Shown in pieces: positions 52,601 through 64,000 of a DNA stretch of 64,000 nt (position 1 is its first letter; the number at the start of each line of letters is the position of its first letter). Made by a program: the position numbers and the translations under genes. The stretch lies in assembly GCA_001949185.1 (NCBI GenBank), contig BDGG01000011.1, positions 264,123 through 328,122 of the forward strand. Reading direction: 5' to 3'. The notes beneath the pieces were generated by a model, which worked only from the letters and a program-made list of their open reading frames with translations, did not search any database and had not been told where the DNA came from. This DNA comes from Ramazzottius varieornatus. Taxonomy: Eukaryota; Animalia; Tardigrada.

Positions 52601-53462
52601 TATCTCATCTGAAAATTCTGAGCGAAAAAAATTGTAGAGTGTGAGAGGTTGAGAGCGTTTTGAAAAGGTTGAAGTTAAGGCTCAGAGTATTTTAAAAAGG
52701 TCTGATAAGGTTGAGAGAATTTTGAAAAATTTATGTTTGCTCTACAGGAAAAAGCCCATCCAAAATAGTGCTGGGCCGGAATGCCACCGAGCGTTCTCGT
52801 CGAAGAAGTACTCTGGCGGTGACCTTGATGGCCCCCCACAATCTGGCTATTTTACTGCATTCCAAGTTATTCCAGCTGCACCGAACAGTTAGTGCTGTCA
52901 GCTCCACTGAGAGGGATGGACTTCACGAGCCCGATACTGCACTGGATTCTCCTTCAGCTTTGAATATTGAGTTGCAACACGTCAACCTACCTGCAGATTA
53001 TGGTCGGCGGCTGTACCGACGAACTCGCCGGTTTTCCATCTGGATGACCTTCGGCATCGCCCTGGCTTACATCGTTTGTTGGGGTGAGCACCCAGCTACC
53101 GCAAAAACTTTACTCAATTTTCCTTGTTTTCTTCTAGCGCCGTATTATATCTCGATGCTCGGGTATCTATTCGACTGCGAAATTTCCAACGGTTGGATGA
53201 CAATCATTCTCTCTTTCGGTAAGTCTTCAAAAACAAAAGTCACGAAACATCGATGTACTTTCTTCTTCTTACAGGAATGACTTCCACGTTACTGAATCCG
53301 GTGATCTACGGTATCTTCAAGTTCATGTCGATCCGTCGTGAGCGTGTCGATATCATACCCAGCTTAGTCATGCAGTTGAAAGAACTCAATGAGAACGGCC
53401 CAGTGTCGGGAACCGAAGTACACCGTTCGTCAGCGACTTTACCGAGCCGCACCAAGCTCTAA
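49615..53462 (+). CDS. CrzR: Corazonin-receptor-like GPCR (GnRH receptor superfamily), 8 exons
   Basis: Exons ~49615-49889, 49985-50224, 51309-51468, 51565-51615, 51933-52083, ~52748-53083, ~53138-53218 and ~53275-53462. Motifs: LAVADTLVCLFCLLADAIWNITMKW...CRFVKFMQMFSLYAST; ECL2 IFHVERAPTCTDFHQCVTHGAYSSRLQEVAYT (CrzR-type F.V.RGPF...F.QCVT.G.Y...WQE..Y); CWAPYY; NPVIY. Confidence 0.85.
51735..51804. repeat. Fixed-spacer palindrome family, single copy with a 22-nt spacer (CrzR intron 51616-51932)
   Basis: gatcgtatccccaagtggcgcacg-N22-tgtgcgtcacttgggacaacgatc. Confidence 0.9.
52646..52729 (+). repeat. Short degenerate minisatellite (~30-bp unit, about 3 copies) in a CrzR intron
   Basis: aggttgagagcgttttgaaaagg / aggctcagagtattttaaaaagg / aggttgagagaattttgaaaaa. 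Confidence 0.6.
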
Positions 53463-53845
53463 CTCTTAGAAAACTACGGTACCAGGAAAGTCGGCGTGCG
53501 CAATATCCGACATGCAGTCCGTATTTCCAGGAGCGCCTGAAGCTAATTAGCTTTGGGACCATTGAATTGTTAAGGCGATTGAAATCATTTCCGTCCGTTC
53601 CTGTTCAATAATGATGCACGCGCACGTCTTTCATTTGTGTAAGAAGAATTCACCGATTAGAAGCTCAGTGCACTTATTTTTAAAAACTTAATACTGTTTT
53701 TGACTTTTCATTTCACTCTTTCATCCCGAGTAGGATCCCTTGACGCTTTCGCAAAACCGAATGAACAATATCACACGATGCATGGTACTGTGACTTCCGC
53801 AGGAGATCACGAATCAATGCTAACTGCCACAACAATTTCCTGCTT

Positions 53846-54561
53846 TCAAAAGGTGGGTCTTCCGCCTGGAATAAAACTGAAATCGCTGGGCTTGAAGCCA
53901 ATGTTCTTAATGTTCTGGCTTGACATTCCGTTACTATCCATAGCTGCAAGAAACGGATCCAACTGTCAAAGTTTTAATTCAATTTGAGCTCGAAAAAACG
54001 CGAACTTACTGCCGACAGATCGGACCAAAGCATCAAACTCTGCGCGCAAAGCTCGCGCGTCAGGTGTGCCATGTCCGCCCATCATGCTACCCAGTCCCAG
54101 ATCGTTGAAACCTAGACCAGGAAACCTCACAGATTAAAAGAGACCGAATATCCGAATTCGAAACTTATTCCTTTTGACTAACTTCTCACGAACCTGAAGG
54201 TACAGCCATTGGCCCTGATCCGTGTCCAGAATCGGTGAAATCCTTCGGATCAATACCGATATCCTTGAAACCTACGAACCAATGGCTCGATCAGAGTATT
54301 TCGAACGTTGGATGTTAGACGGGACTCACCTTGTAAATTCTGGGCGGACATGGGTCCTCGGAAGGCACTCGAACCACTTAGTTGAGCTTGTCCGCTGGCT
54401 AGTGAGTCTCTTTCCGTAAAAGGCGTTTGCATTCCGGGCATCGGTACAGCCGGTATCGCAGGTGCTTGAAATCCACCACTGAACGGCGCAGCCCGGATAG
54501 CGGCCGGCACGGCCATGACTACCAGGATCAGGATAAAGGCCTTCACGTTGGCGTACGACAT
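53846..54561 (-). CDS. 143-aa secreted protein of unknown function (3 exons)
   Basis: Exons 54561-54330, 54111-54010 and 53943-53846 splice in phase. Signal peptide MSYANVKAFILILVVMAVPAAIRA; ends NIGFKPSDFSFIPGGRPTF*. A TATAAA lies upstream at ~54682-54687 on the minus strand. Confidence 0.75.
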
Positions 54562-55306
54562 CTTTCCGAAAAACCAAATCCAGATATTCGCTCCGCAAAG
54601 TTCGACTTTAAACAAAATTTCCGTCTTGTGTTACCTAACTTGTACACTGTAAATTGAAATTAAAACTGCAACGACGACCATTTATACATATAGCTGCAGT
54701 GAAGTTCAAATATTTAAAGTGTACGAATGCTCAATGATACGTTCAAAAAACTCTTTGTTTTTTCTATTCTCTGCTGTATGTATGTATGAATGATGACCCA
54801 CTTTTAGATGCTCTTGATCTTTCTTGACAATGTTGTCGTACGTGCCGACGCTGCATGACCATGATCACGCGAAGTCGCGCAGTGAAGTTGCCGCACAAAG
54901 GACCATCGTTGTTCGTTCGTCGTACACCTTTCCGAAAGTCATTGTTCCATTTTTCAAGAATACCAACTTCGAGCCAGTATCATTACCATCAGTTTCACAA
55001 ACAGTTTTACCATCGTTCATCACTCGCCTGAAGAAGCAACTACAAAAGCAGAGCACACAGAAGGAAAAACGTGTCATGTTAAAATCAAAGCAAAGTATTC
55101 ACACAAGTGGACAAATTTGGCACCGGAAAATACAGCCTTTTTCTAAACCCATCCATGTGAAACCAAATAATGGAATTCCAAATACTACCAAAAACAGAAC
55201 AAGGACATGCATAAACGATGAAATCAAAATTCATGGAACCGATGATATTCGACGGTATCACAAAAAGCTGCGCAGTGGAAAAGGTTTTGCACATCAACGG
55301 AATTTA

Positions 55307-57852
55307 TTAGAATTTACTCTTGATCCATTTCCAGGGATGACTCTTGAACCTGAGCTTCTTGGCACGTCGGGCTACTTGAGAGCGAGGTGTGTTGGACAGT
55401 TGATCGTAAGACTGGGACGTAGTAGGGACATTTCGCTCACCATAAGGTGCGCTGTCGTCCTCTTCTCCAAAGCCGTAAGCCGGGCTGGAATCTGCGCTGT
55501 GCGGCGACTGTGGACCGTTATTGTCCGAAGACGGCGAATAGACCTGCAAATAGATAATCCGAAGTTCAAAGAGAGACCGTGGGAAGCTCGGAAAGGAACA
55601 AAACTACGACTGCACAAACCTACATACTGATACATTGGCGTGATCCACTGGTGGATGTACGCAGGTTCACGACACGGAACAGACGACCAACCTGCTTACA
55701 GGCACGTCGGCGTTCACAAGCAACTTCGTACATGCTGGTTCACGACACCAAAATCCGATATCAAGGTCAAGCACCAGCATAGCAGCGCTTGGTGCTACCG
55801 AATGGACTGATGTTCGCCAATTCTTTGCTAACGACTGTTTGCTTACCAGATGGTTGATATTCTCTATGATGGAGGTTCCTTCGACGAACGAGAGTCTTCT
55901 CGGCTTTTTCACTGACTCTTTCTCCTCCACAGCCTTCCTCTGCATGACTTCGGGTGGATGTTGCTCAGTCACAGTCTCGTTTCTGGACTTCAGCCCCGGT
56001 TCGGAGGATGGAGGTCGCTGTCGCGGACTGGATGTGGAAGTGGTGGCTAGCGGATTGGCCCCAAAGGTAGCGTGACTACTGGTGCTCGCCGTCATCGAGA
56101 ATTTCTCCATTTGAGACAGGTCCGTCGAGAAGTAGCCTGAGTCGCTGAGAGGAACGAAGAGGAAGGAATCCGGCTCGTGGAGGAGAAGCTCGTCCAGAGA
56201 ACTCGTGAAACCGAAATTGAGGAGCTGCTGCTGTCTGTACTGAACTAACGCTCCTGGAGAAAGCTCGGTCTGAAACAAAACGTAATATAAACCAAACCAC
56301 TTGATGCTTTTAGTACAGAAACGTGTCCCATGTATTACATGTATTATTTTCTATTTCTTTGATTCTTATATTCCTTTATTTCTTTATTCATTAATTCGCG
56401 GGAGTTCTGCAGACAATTCGACCAGATCGTTTTCCCAAGTGGCGCACTGTTTCCGTGACATTAGCTGCAACAATGCGCCACCTGGAGAAACCATCTGGTT
56501 CACTTTTTTGCCGAGTTTCGGTTTATCGAGCCAAGTTTCTCTCCGTCTATTTTTTAAGATTCTATACCCGCGTGGGCGAGAAGCTGGAGGCCGGCCTTGA
56601 CGAACTTTCCTCTTCTTCGGCCGCGGTTATTCCGCTTCCGGAATACGAAACTCTTTTGGCACTCTGGCCGCTCTTCCGCCTGAAAGATTTCGAAAAGAAT
56701 GACGACAGTCTTCTCGTCAGAGTCTTCTTTTTCTTGCCACTAGCGTTGTCCCCTTGCCCGTAGGAACTATCATCACCGGTCAAGGCTGTCCCTGCTAGAC
56801 TCAGACCTCCTTCGCCTTCACTGTATAACGACTGCCGCTGCCTTCGATCTCGTCCGTCTTCAGTTGAGGACGTTCTACGTAGCTTCACCGACGTCCCACT
56901 TTGACTCTTGGCTTTTGGGTCGTCATCTTTCAGGATCGTGGCGGTGATGGACGCAGTGGACAATGTCAATTCACCACCACCTAACATCAGAAAGATCGAT
57001 TTAGAAGGTCGTCCATCGGCATACATCACACCCGGCAATTTCAATGATATAATCGTATGTAAGTGCTTGCAAGACTGGCGGCGTCCAGTTACTCGACCGA
57101 AAATTTACTACGTGTACCTGCATCATGACGCTTTGATTCATTTTCCGTTGAAACACCTTCATTTGCTCCAGAAACGTTCTGCCCATGTACCGAGACGCTA
57201 TCCACGTCCACAGGGATATTCTGTTCATTCTCAAGGCCGGTGATGGGAACGACACTGTCGTCTCTCTGTATTCCACTCCGTTTCAGCCAAATCTGCTCGG
57301 CGTTCTCTTCTGGTAGGTCAAGTAAGTCGGGAGCTTCCTACAGAAGAAACCACTCTAAAACCCGTGGCCAAACAATCCTCACGTATATAACCTAATCGGC
57401 GATCAAGGCTAAGTAATCCGCATTGATCGCTCAAGGACGACAAAAAACAGGCAACTTTGTCAGCTCAACTCGCATATGACGTATTGCTTCCGTGTGAAAC
57501 ACAGTGACCACGCCTTGCGAACTGTGTTGGTCAAGACGACGTCATGCGCGGACGCATGGCACATTCATGGCTTCTCGATTCTTACATTGGATCGGAGCAT
57601 GTGATGGCTATTAAAGCGCCTTGTTCCATCCAATTCTTGTCCGTCATTCTCCGCAGCTCCTCCTTGACCCGAAGACATTCCCGAGACGTGCCGAGCGGAC
57701 ATTTTGTTGAACTGTCCCTCGGTGTGAGCATGCTTTAGTTTATTCTGACTGCTCACTACATTCGAAGCTGCATCCTCCAGCCCCATCGAGAAATCCGTCT
57801 TGGTCAACACATACGATGTCGGAGAAGTTTCGCTTGGAAACGTTGGATCCAT
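55307..57852 (-). CDS. ~568-aa Ser-rich, probably disordered protein of unknown function (5 exons)
   Basis: Exons 57852-57586, 57337-57118, 56980-56568, 56269-55700 and 55543-55307 are all GT-AG and phase-compatible (1707 nt). No domain was recognised. Confidence 0.7.
56425..56495. repeat. Fixed-spacer palindrome family, single copy (intron 56270-56567 of the Ser-rich gene)
   Basis: gatcgttttcccaagtggcgcact-N23-aatgcgccacctggagaaaccatc. Confidence 0.88.
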
Positions 57853-60800
57853 CTTTCCCAGATTTTAAGAAGGAGAACAGATCATTGGGAAGAAATCTTC
57901 TGCAGTTGATTTTCCGTGGAAGATTCGGGGGAGGGAGAAGATATTGCCTGCAGACAGAGAACGTTAGCGATATGAATATGCTGCCTGCACTGAAAACTTT
58001 GGGCCAACATTAGTGCTTGATAAGGGTTGATGAGGGTGCATGTTCAAGAGGATGCGATGAAGAGAGCACACAAGTTTGATCACTTACTTGAAACAACGTT
58101 ACCGTTAACGACGCTCACGTTGCAAAGCCCATCATCAACAATCCGTAATGTTCTTCCCTTGCGAAATCAGCACTCCCATATCGATATCTTTCCCGTCGTC
58201 AGCGCATTCCCACCGCTTCCACAGACGACTGGAGCAACTGGGATGAGCAACTCACGGGAAGTCGGGAACGGCAGCAATTTCAGAAGGAAATCATTTTCGG
58301 AAACGACTGCACAAGCCACTTCATCAATCAATCAAGCTAATGCCGTTGTGCGAAGCTGGGTTGCAGGCTTAAGTGCCATTTGATGTCACGAGACGTCTGG
58401 CAAAATGCTGAAACCTGCTGGTTATAGTCTCGTCACACACGACGTCATGCGTGGCCTGAGAACAGAAGAGCAGTATGAGTCAGGATGAGCAGTCTGGTTG
58501 ATTCATCAGCTGGACTTATCGACTGATTTCTGTACTGAATACTCGCCCCGTGGCGCCGGACTTTGTACTCAACCGCACAAATGATGGACTGTGGCAAAGT
58601 GTGGAACCGGAAAGGTCTCTGACAAGTTTGGGCAGAAATAAGTTTGAAAGGCTGATTAGGATCTTTCCCGCCTCGAAGCTTAAACCGCCAGCTGTCATGC
58701 TGAATGGGAACAAACGGTGGGCCAAAAGAGGTGCGTGCACCGTGGACACTTTGCCCTAGCGTGTAGAAAGTAAAACAAACCAATAACTTTACTCGGACAT
58801 CATTTCTTCCTTGTCGATTGCTGATCGACTTTTCCACATTGGACTTCGGTGGAAATCAAAATGTGGGGAATAGTAAGTGTCCAAAATCCCATTGTTTTGA
58901 AGCCTCGACTGCATCACGGATCCTTTTTCTCCAGCTGTGGAAGATTAGCCTCTGCTGCGCGGTGCTCTCGTCTGGACTATTGGTGCGAGGATTAGAAAGT
59001 GGATATTACCGCATCCAAGCCGAACTTCTGCAGTTACAAAACGTACCGTAATCTTTTCCTTTATTTACTTGCGAGTATTCCATCGTTCGGGAGCCTGTGC
59101 GTCTGTTAACTTCCTCCCGTGATTATTTCTTTTTGCTGTAGCCTCTGGGGGTGAGACACGATGGAGCTCTTTGCGACAGTAGGGTTTCTCCTTCCCATAA
59201 ATAGCTTCCTTACTGCTTGAGTGCGCTTCATATAACTGGGTTTCTGTCCGGTAGATTTTGGAACATGTGATCCTGTTATAAAGGTGTTCCTGGACACGTA
59301 AGAGATTCAATGCCAAAGTCCCGCCAGCACGGTTTGCATAACGCGACGCACCATACGGGATCTTAACATCCGTTTTGCGCTCTTGAAGGTCCAGACCAAT
59401 GGCAGCCTTCCCTGGAGCCCGATACATCTCTCAATACCAAAAGATCTTTACAGCCACCGATCAGAACGAGCCTCTCATCAACAAAATGGTGCATCTGCAT
59501 ACTTATAACCTATATTGCTATTCACAGATAACTTGATAGAGGAATTTCTGAGACAGGTGACAGAGGACGTCTGCGGACATCCGTTCACGGTAAGTTTTGG
59601 CTTGCGAAGTTCAGTTAACAGTCGACATAATCTTGCCCCTTCTTCGTAAACTCTAGCAAGCCAATTTGCGAGCCTACGTCAAAGACGGTGAGTTCCTTCA
59701 CTTCCTTGTCCGTCAACTACAGTAGATACTGTTTTCGGGTCAATATGTCATAAAGAAATATCGCTCTCACAGCTTAGAATTTTTTCCAGATGACAGCTTT
59801 CTTCGACTGACCGATGGTGAGGTTTGAGATATCCAACTAGATGGTATACCGAGTTCGACAATTTCCAGTGTTCCACTGCGTTTTCCCCAACGTGTTCTTT
59901 CAGACCACATCAGTGATTTCGATTGTCTATTCTCTCCTTCGCTCGATGTACCAATGGGTACGGACGAGAGCACAGCGATATGGTCCAATGGCCAGCCTTG
60001 CGTCGGTACCACCCAACCCGGAAAAATCAAGTACACACTTTCTACCACCCAGTAAAATTCCTGTATACACAAAGAGGACGGTAGTATTCTGCAAACATGA
60101 AAACGATCGTGCTGAATCTGCGTACGACCGTCCTCTTTGTGTATACGATCAGTCAGTTTTATTTACCTCCCAGTTTTAGCTTTTGGTCTTTCGGGTCTGG
60201 GTCTTGTTTTTGCATGTACCTCGATTTTCTCACCAAAGCAACACTAATGACCAGCGGTCAGCAAAACCCAGCACGCTGAAAATTGTTTCTACGGTTTCGG
60301 GTGGTTTTGGTGAAATTTGGTGTTTCGTCTCTTCGCGCGAGACACGTGCACGGTATTCGCTTAGAAAAAAACTGGAGCACTGGGGACAGTCTTATCTATC
60401 GAAGCCGAGCCTGGGAAGAATTTTTTAGTCATCAGTGCGGTCAGAAGAAAATCAAGACGACCAGTTCTCCCTTTTGAGATTTGGCGTTTATGGCCTGCCA
60501 ATTATCCGAATTTTGAAATTTCGAAAATTGCCTATTGATTAGACCGGCCTCCGCAACACGGTACCAGCCGATCGTGCTGAGAGAGGACGGTCGTATCTTC
60601 CTGTCCTTTTTCACTGGTGGTGGTGACTGCCGGAAGTGATGCCTCTCGCATTTTCAGGTTGTTCTTCCGTTATCGAATGTACCGAATTTCGCCTGAAGAA
60701 TGCGGTAAGCTGTCCGTTACCACCAACGCCCCTGTGGTCCAACCTGAAATCCATACTCCCGTCTCGGCCACACAAATCTCGGCTACGGTCCGCCACGCTA

Positions 60801-61312
60801 TGGCATGAAGACTTTTGAGTTCTCAGCACTAAAAAGCTGCAAATGATGGTGCTCAGGTCTACTCCTGGACGCTTACCGAACGTCAACGTATGTTTACGTT
60901 TTTACATGTTGGTATTTAGACCTGGGTGAATGATTGACCATTGTTGTTGACTGCTACCAGCAAGTTCACGTAACATGAATTTAAAAATGAAAAATCTACA
61001 TTGTATACTTCGAGTTGCATTGTCATGTCCTTCTTGCACTTTGTCTTAAAGATTGATCGGTGTTGCCCATGAGCTCATGCGCAGATAAGGTGATTCGCAC
61101 CCAAGATTACCGTTAATCTAGGGAAACCGTTACTCAATATGGACAGTCCCAGTACGAAGGCTAATCCGTACGCCACCTTTTTCGGGTAGCTACCAACCCA
61201 GAGCAGAAACAGTTGGACGTTGCAATCCAGCTAACCTATAATAAACCGCTCCATCTGGATTTTGTATTCGACCTGTGCTGTTGCTCCATTTTAGCAAAAC
61301 CCGGACTTCAAC

Positions 61313-63147
61313 ATGAAATTAAGCTGGATATTACTAGCTGTGTTGGCCCAGGTATGTTTGGCAGAACTTCCCTTGATTTTTCCGTCAAGCTACGCACAGC
61401 ATCTGCATCTCTAAGAGGCAATTACAGATTAAATTAATTCTGCTGCAATATTTAGTATGCCAGCAGCGAGCGTATCTCCAATGTGGAATCGCCGACATGG
61501 GGTCGCCGCGCCACCGTCGAACCAGGCTCATACGGAGCTCGTGTAGGTGACCGTTCCCCCACCTTTGAAGGAGACCAAGAACTTGTCGTTCGACCTTACG
61601 ACTGGTCGGCCACCGACTCGCCACGTCGCTTCACCCACACCTGGGAGCGCAGTGATGCTCCCACTGGTCGCGTCTCTTACCTGAGCGGTCTGACCACCCA
61701 AGATCCCCTCTACACCTACAACCGTGCCAGCTCGGCAGCCGGCTACCCAGCAGGCTCGGGAAGCTACGCTTCCGCTGCCGGTTATCCTGCCGGGTCCAGC
61801 GCGTCCAATTACGTAACTGCGCGACGTGGATCGTATCAAACAGATAAATGGGGAGATGTCATCACAGGCGGCGCCACCACCCAGCCTTCGCTGTACTCCC
61901 CTTATGACCGTACCACCGATCGTTGGGGTAAGAGCATACTGATAAGGATCACGTTAAAGTTTATTATGTCTACGAAATTAAAAAAGAAAAATACAAATTC
62001 CGTTGTGTAGGTTCGAGCGGTGGTGATCGGGACTCAGCTTGGGGATCAGCTGGTTCTTCTTACGGTGGCCGCACAACTTCCCGCTACGGATCGTACGGAT
62101 CGGACACCACCAGGGGTCGCTATGGTTCAGGCTCTGATCGAGATCGAGAATGGTCCAGCGTTGGTTCCGGCTCCTCAGCTGGACTGTCTCCCTACGCTGC
62201 TCGTGATCGTTTCGACCGCAATGAGGCTTACCTTCGCATTGACACCGAACTGGTCAAGCTGACCAACGAAAAGGTCTCACAAACCGACGAACTTTTCCAG
62301 AAAAATATATCTATCAATAACTTATGTTGTTTTCAGGGTCTCGTTAGCACGGGAAAATCCTGCGACACTTTCGGAGCCTGTGACACGGTAAGGTATTCAC
62401 CATTGCCTGAGCCACTTACAAGCATTTTTCTGCAGTTAGTACTGTACATGTATTTTGTTCAGCGATGCCAGATATTAAGGCATTTTGTGCGTGTGTAGAT
62501 TTGCTTTGGTTATATTGACACCGAACGACCCAACGCCGAGTTCCCCGGATCGCGCGACAGTAAATACTGGCCTCAAGTATGGTACCTCTGTGCAGCTTCT
62601 GCTTCGTCCCCCGACATTTCCCTGACGATGATTACGTCCAAGCGTTATTTTTACTTCCAGCTTTTCGAGACCGATGACAACAACAGCCCCGCTTTCACCA
62701 AGGCTAACTTGACTCGCGACGTTTGCGGAGTTCCGTACCGCGTAAGCTCTTGGGCAAGACAACACGCATGAATTATAATTCTTACCTTGATTTTGGACTG
62801 TAGAGCGCCGTTCTTCGAGTGTTGTGCGAGGACAAAGACGGTATCGGCGCCAACGACCTCATCAACAATTGGGACTGCAACATTCAGCGCGACCCTGAAG
62901 GCGAAACCTACGCTTCGTGGCATACCGGCGAATGCCTTGCCAAATTCCAAGCTGACAAAATGAAGTAAGCTTCCTCTTCCTTCAAGTTCTTCACTTGTCA
63001 ACCGATCATCTCTTCTCCCACAAAATGCCAAATCTGACTAACTTTTACAGATTGACTTTCCGTTACAAAATTTACCAAATCCCTAAGAGCCGTTGCGACC
63101 CCAAGAAAGGAGCCTTGCAAGATACCACCACTCCAAGAAGCGGTTAA
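61313..63147 (+). CDS. AMNP-like (tardigrade anhydrobiosis-related Mn-dependent peroxidase family) protein, 413 aa, 8 exons
   Basis: Exons 61313-61351, 61456-61927, 62011-62273, 62337-62387, 62499-62576, 62661-62741, 62804-62964 and 63051-63147. A signal peptide and a long G/S/Y/R-rich disordered region precede a Cys-containing globular domain with SCDTFGACD and a downstream EDKDG. This fits the C-D-x4-C-D plus DxD metal site I recall for AMNP. Confidence 0.72.
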
Positions 63148-64000
63148 AAAACTTCATCAACCAGTTTGATGTCAATCCATTCAACCAGATTTCGTTGTCC
63201 ATTTGTCCGTTACACTACCTACGTTCAATATCCTCTTCGAAAGAACTTTTCATGAACTGTACGCAACTTCAGCCACGGTACACGTACGTTGAAGATTAGA
63301 AGACAATCTACCCATGATATGTTTTACATAACGGAGAAAAACTCCCCACCAACGCATTGATTAGAGGAAAGGGTCGCAGAGAGCAGCGGAAGGAAATGGG
63401 CTGAAATACTGCGCGCCTGTGGCTCGAGCTGTCGAGGCGAGCAGCATGTGATCATAAGCGCCTGGAAAAAGCAATCGACATCGAGAACCAGACAAACCAG
63501 TTCCCGGATAGATCATCAGTCGGATGGCGCTCAAATGTAATCATGGTGGTACATGTTGAAGGCGGCAGCTATGGAGTGTAACTATCGGTCAATGACCAAG
63601 TGTACCCTGTGGAAAGATCTTTTAGCTTCCGCCATCAAACACCAACTTCAAACGACTTACCACATCACCAAGGAGACATCCCAACCATCTTATGGAAATA
63701 CTCCAGCACAACCCAAATTTTAGCGACAAAGAAAATACTACAGTAAAACCAAATTATAACGATAAAGATTAACCGTAGCAAATTACTGAAATTTTTAATG
63801 TCGTCCGTCCGGCCAGTTTTCCTACGAGGCAAAAGACGTATTGTGCGGCTGTGAAGCCTCGTCTCTGCGTAACAAAATGGCCAGAAGGACTCCATCATGA
63901 ATTTTGGAGTTTTGCTTCGGGAAACCCAATGTGTGTGCGGTATTTTTCTACCGCCTTTTTGCGGTGCTGAGTTCGGCAATTTTGCAGCGAATCTCCGAGT

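Noticed and set aside
54824-55630. 268-aa plus-strand ORF
   Set aside because: It has a non-ATG start, is antisense to the last exon and 3' region of the Ser-rich gene, and has no recognisable protein features.
59841-60179. Possible IS4-like transposase or horizontally transferred fragment (SMYQWVRTR...KIPVY...HEND)
   Set aside because: No coherent DDE motif in one frame and no TIRs found; the similarity is too weak.

Overview
Intron-containing eukaryotic (animal) DNA with a compact layout: most introns are about 55-100 nt GT-AG. The gene content (an AMNP-like Mn-peroxidase, lineage-specific disordered proteins, a GR-like chemoreceptor) suggests a eutardigrade such as Ramazzottius; this is inference, not tested. 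I hand-spliced these genes: a nuclear receptor (partial, runs off the left edge), a gustatory-receptor-like gene with one in-frame stop, a 9-exon divergent rhabdomeric-type opsin, a class A GPCR pseudogene, CMIP, a corazonin/GnRH-type neuropeptide precursor, a ~1463-aa secreted disordered repeat protein, PRDX5 head-to-head with MTF-1, a neprilysin (M13), a corazonin-receptor-like GPCR, a 143-aa secreted protein, a 568-aa Ser-rich protein and an AMNP-like protein. There are also several MITE-like and inverted repeats. Two candidate undescribed systems stand out. (1) A corazonin-like ligand, a neprilysin and a corazonin receptor all lie within ~27 kb. (2) A family of ~70-bp palindromes (CCAAGTGGCGCACG-N23-CGTGCGCCACTTGG) has 10 copies, all intronic, in 6 different genes, with conserved arms and a variable-sequence spacer of almost fixed length (23 nt in 9 of 10). 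No rRNA, tRNA or CRISPR array was recognised. Exon boundaries were read by eye and may be off by a few bases.
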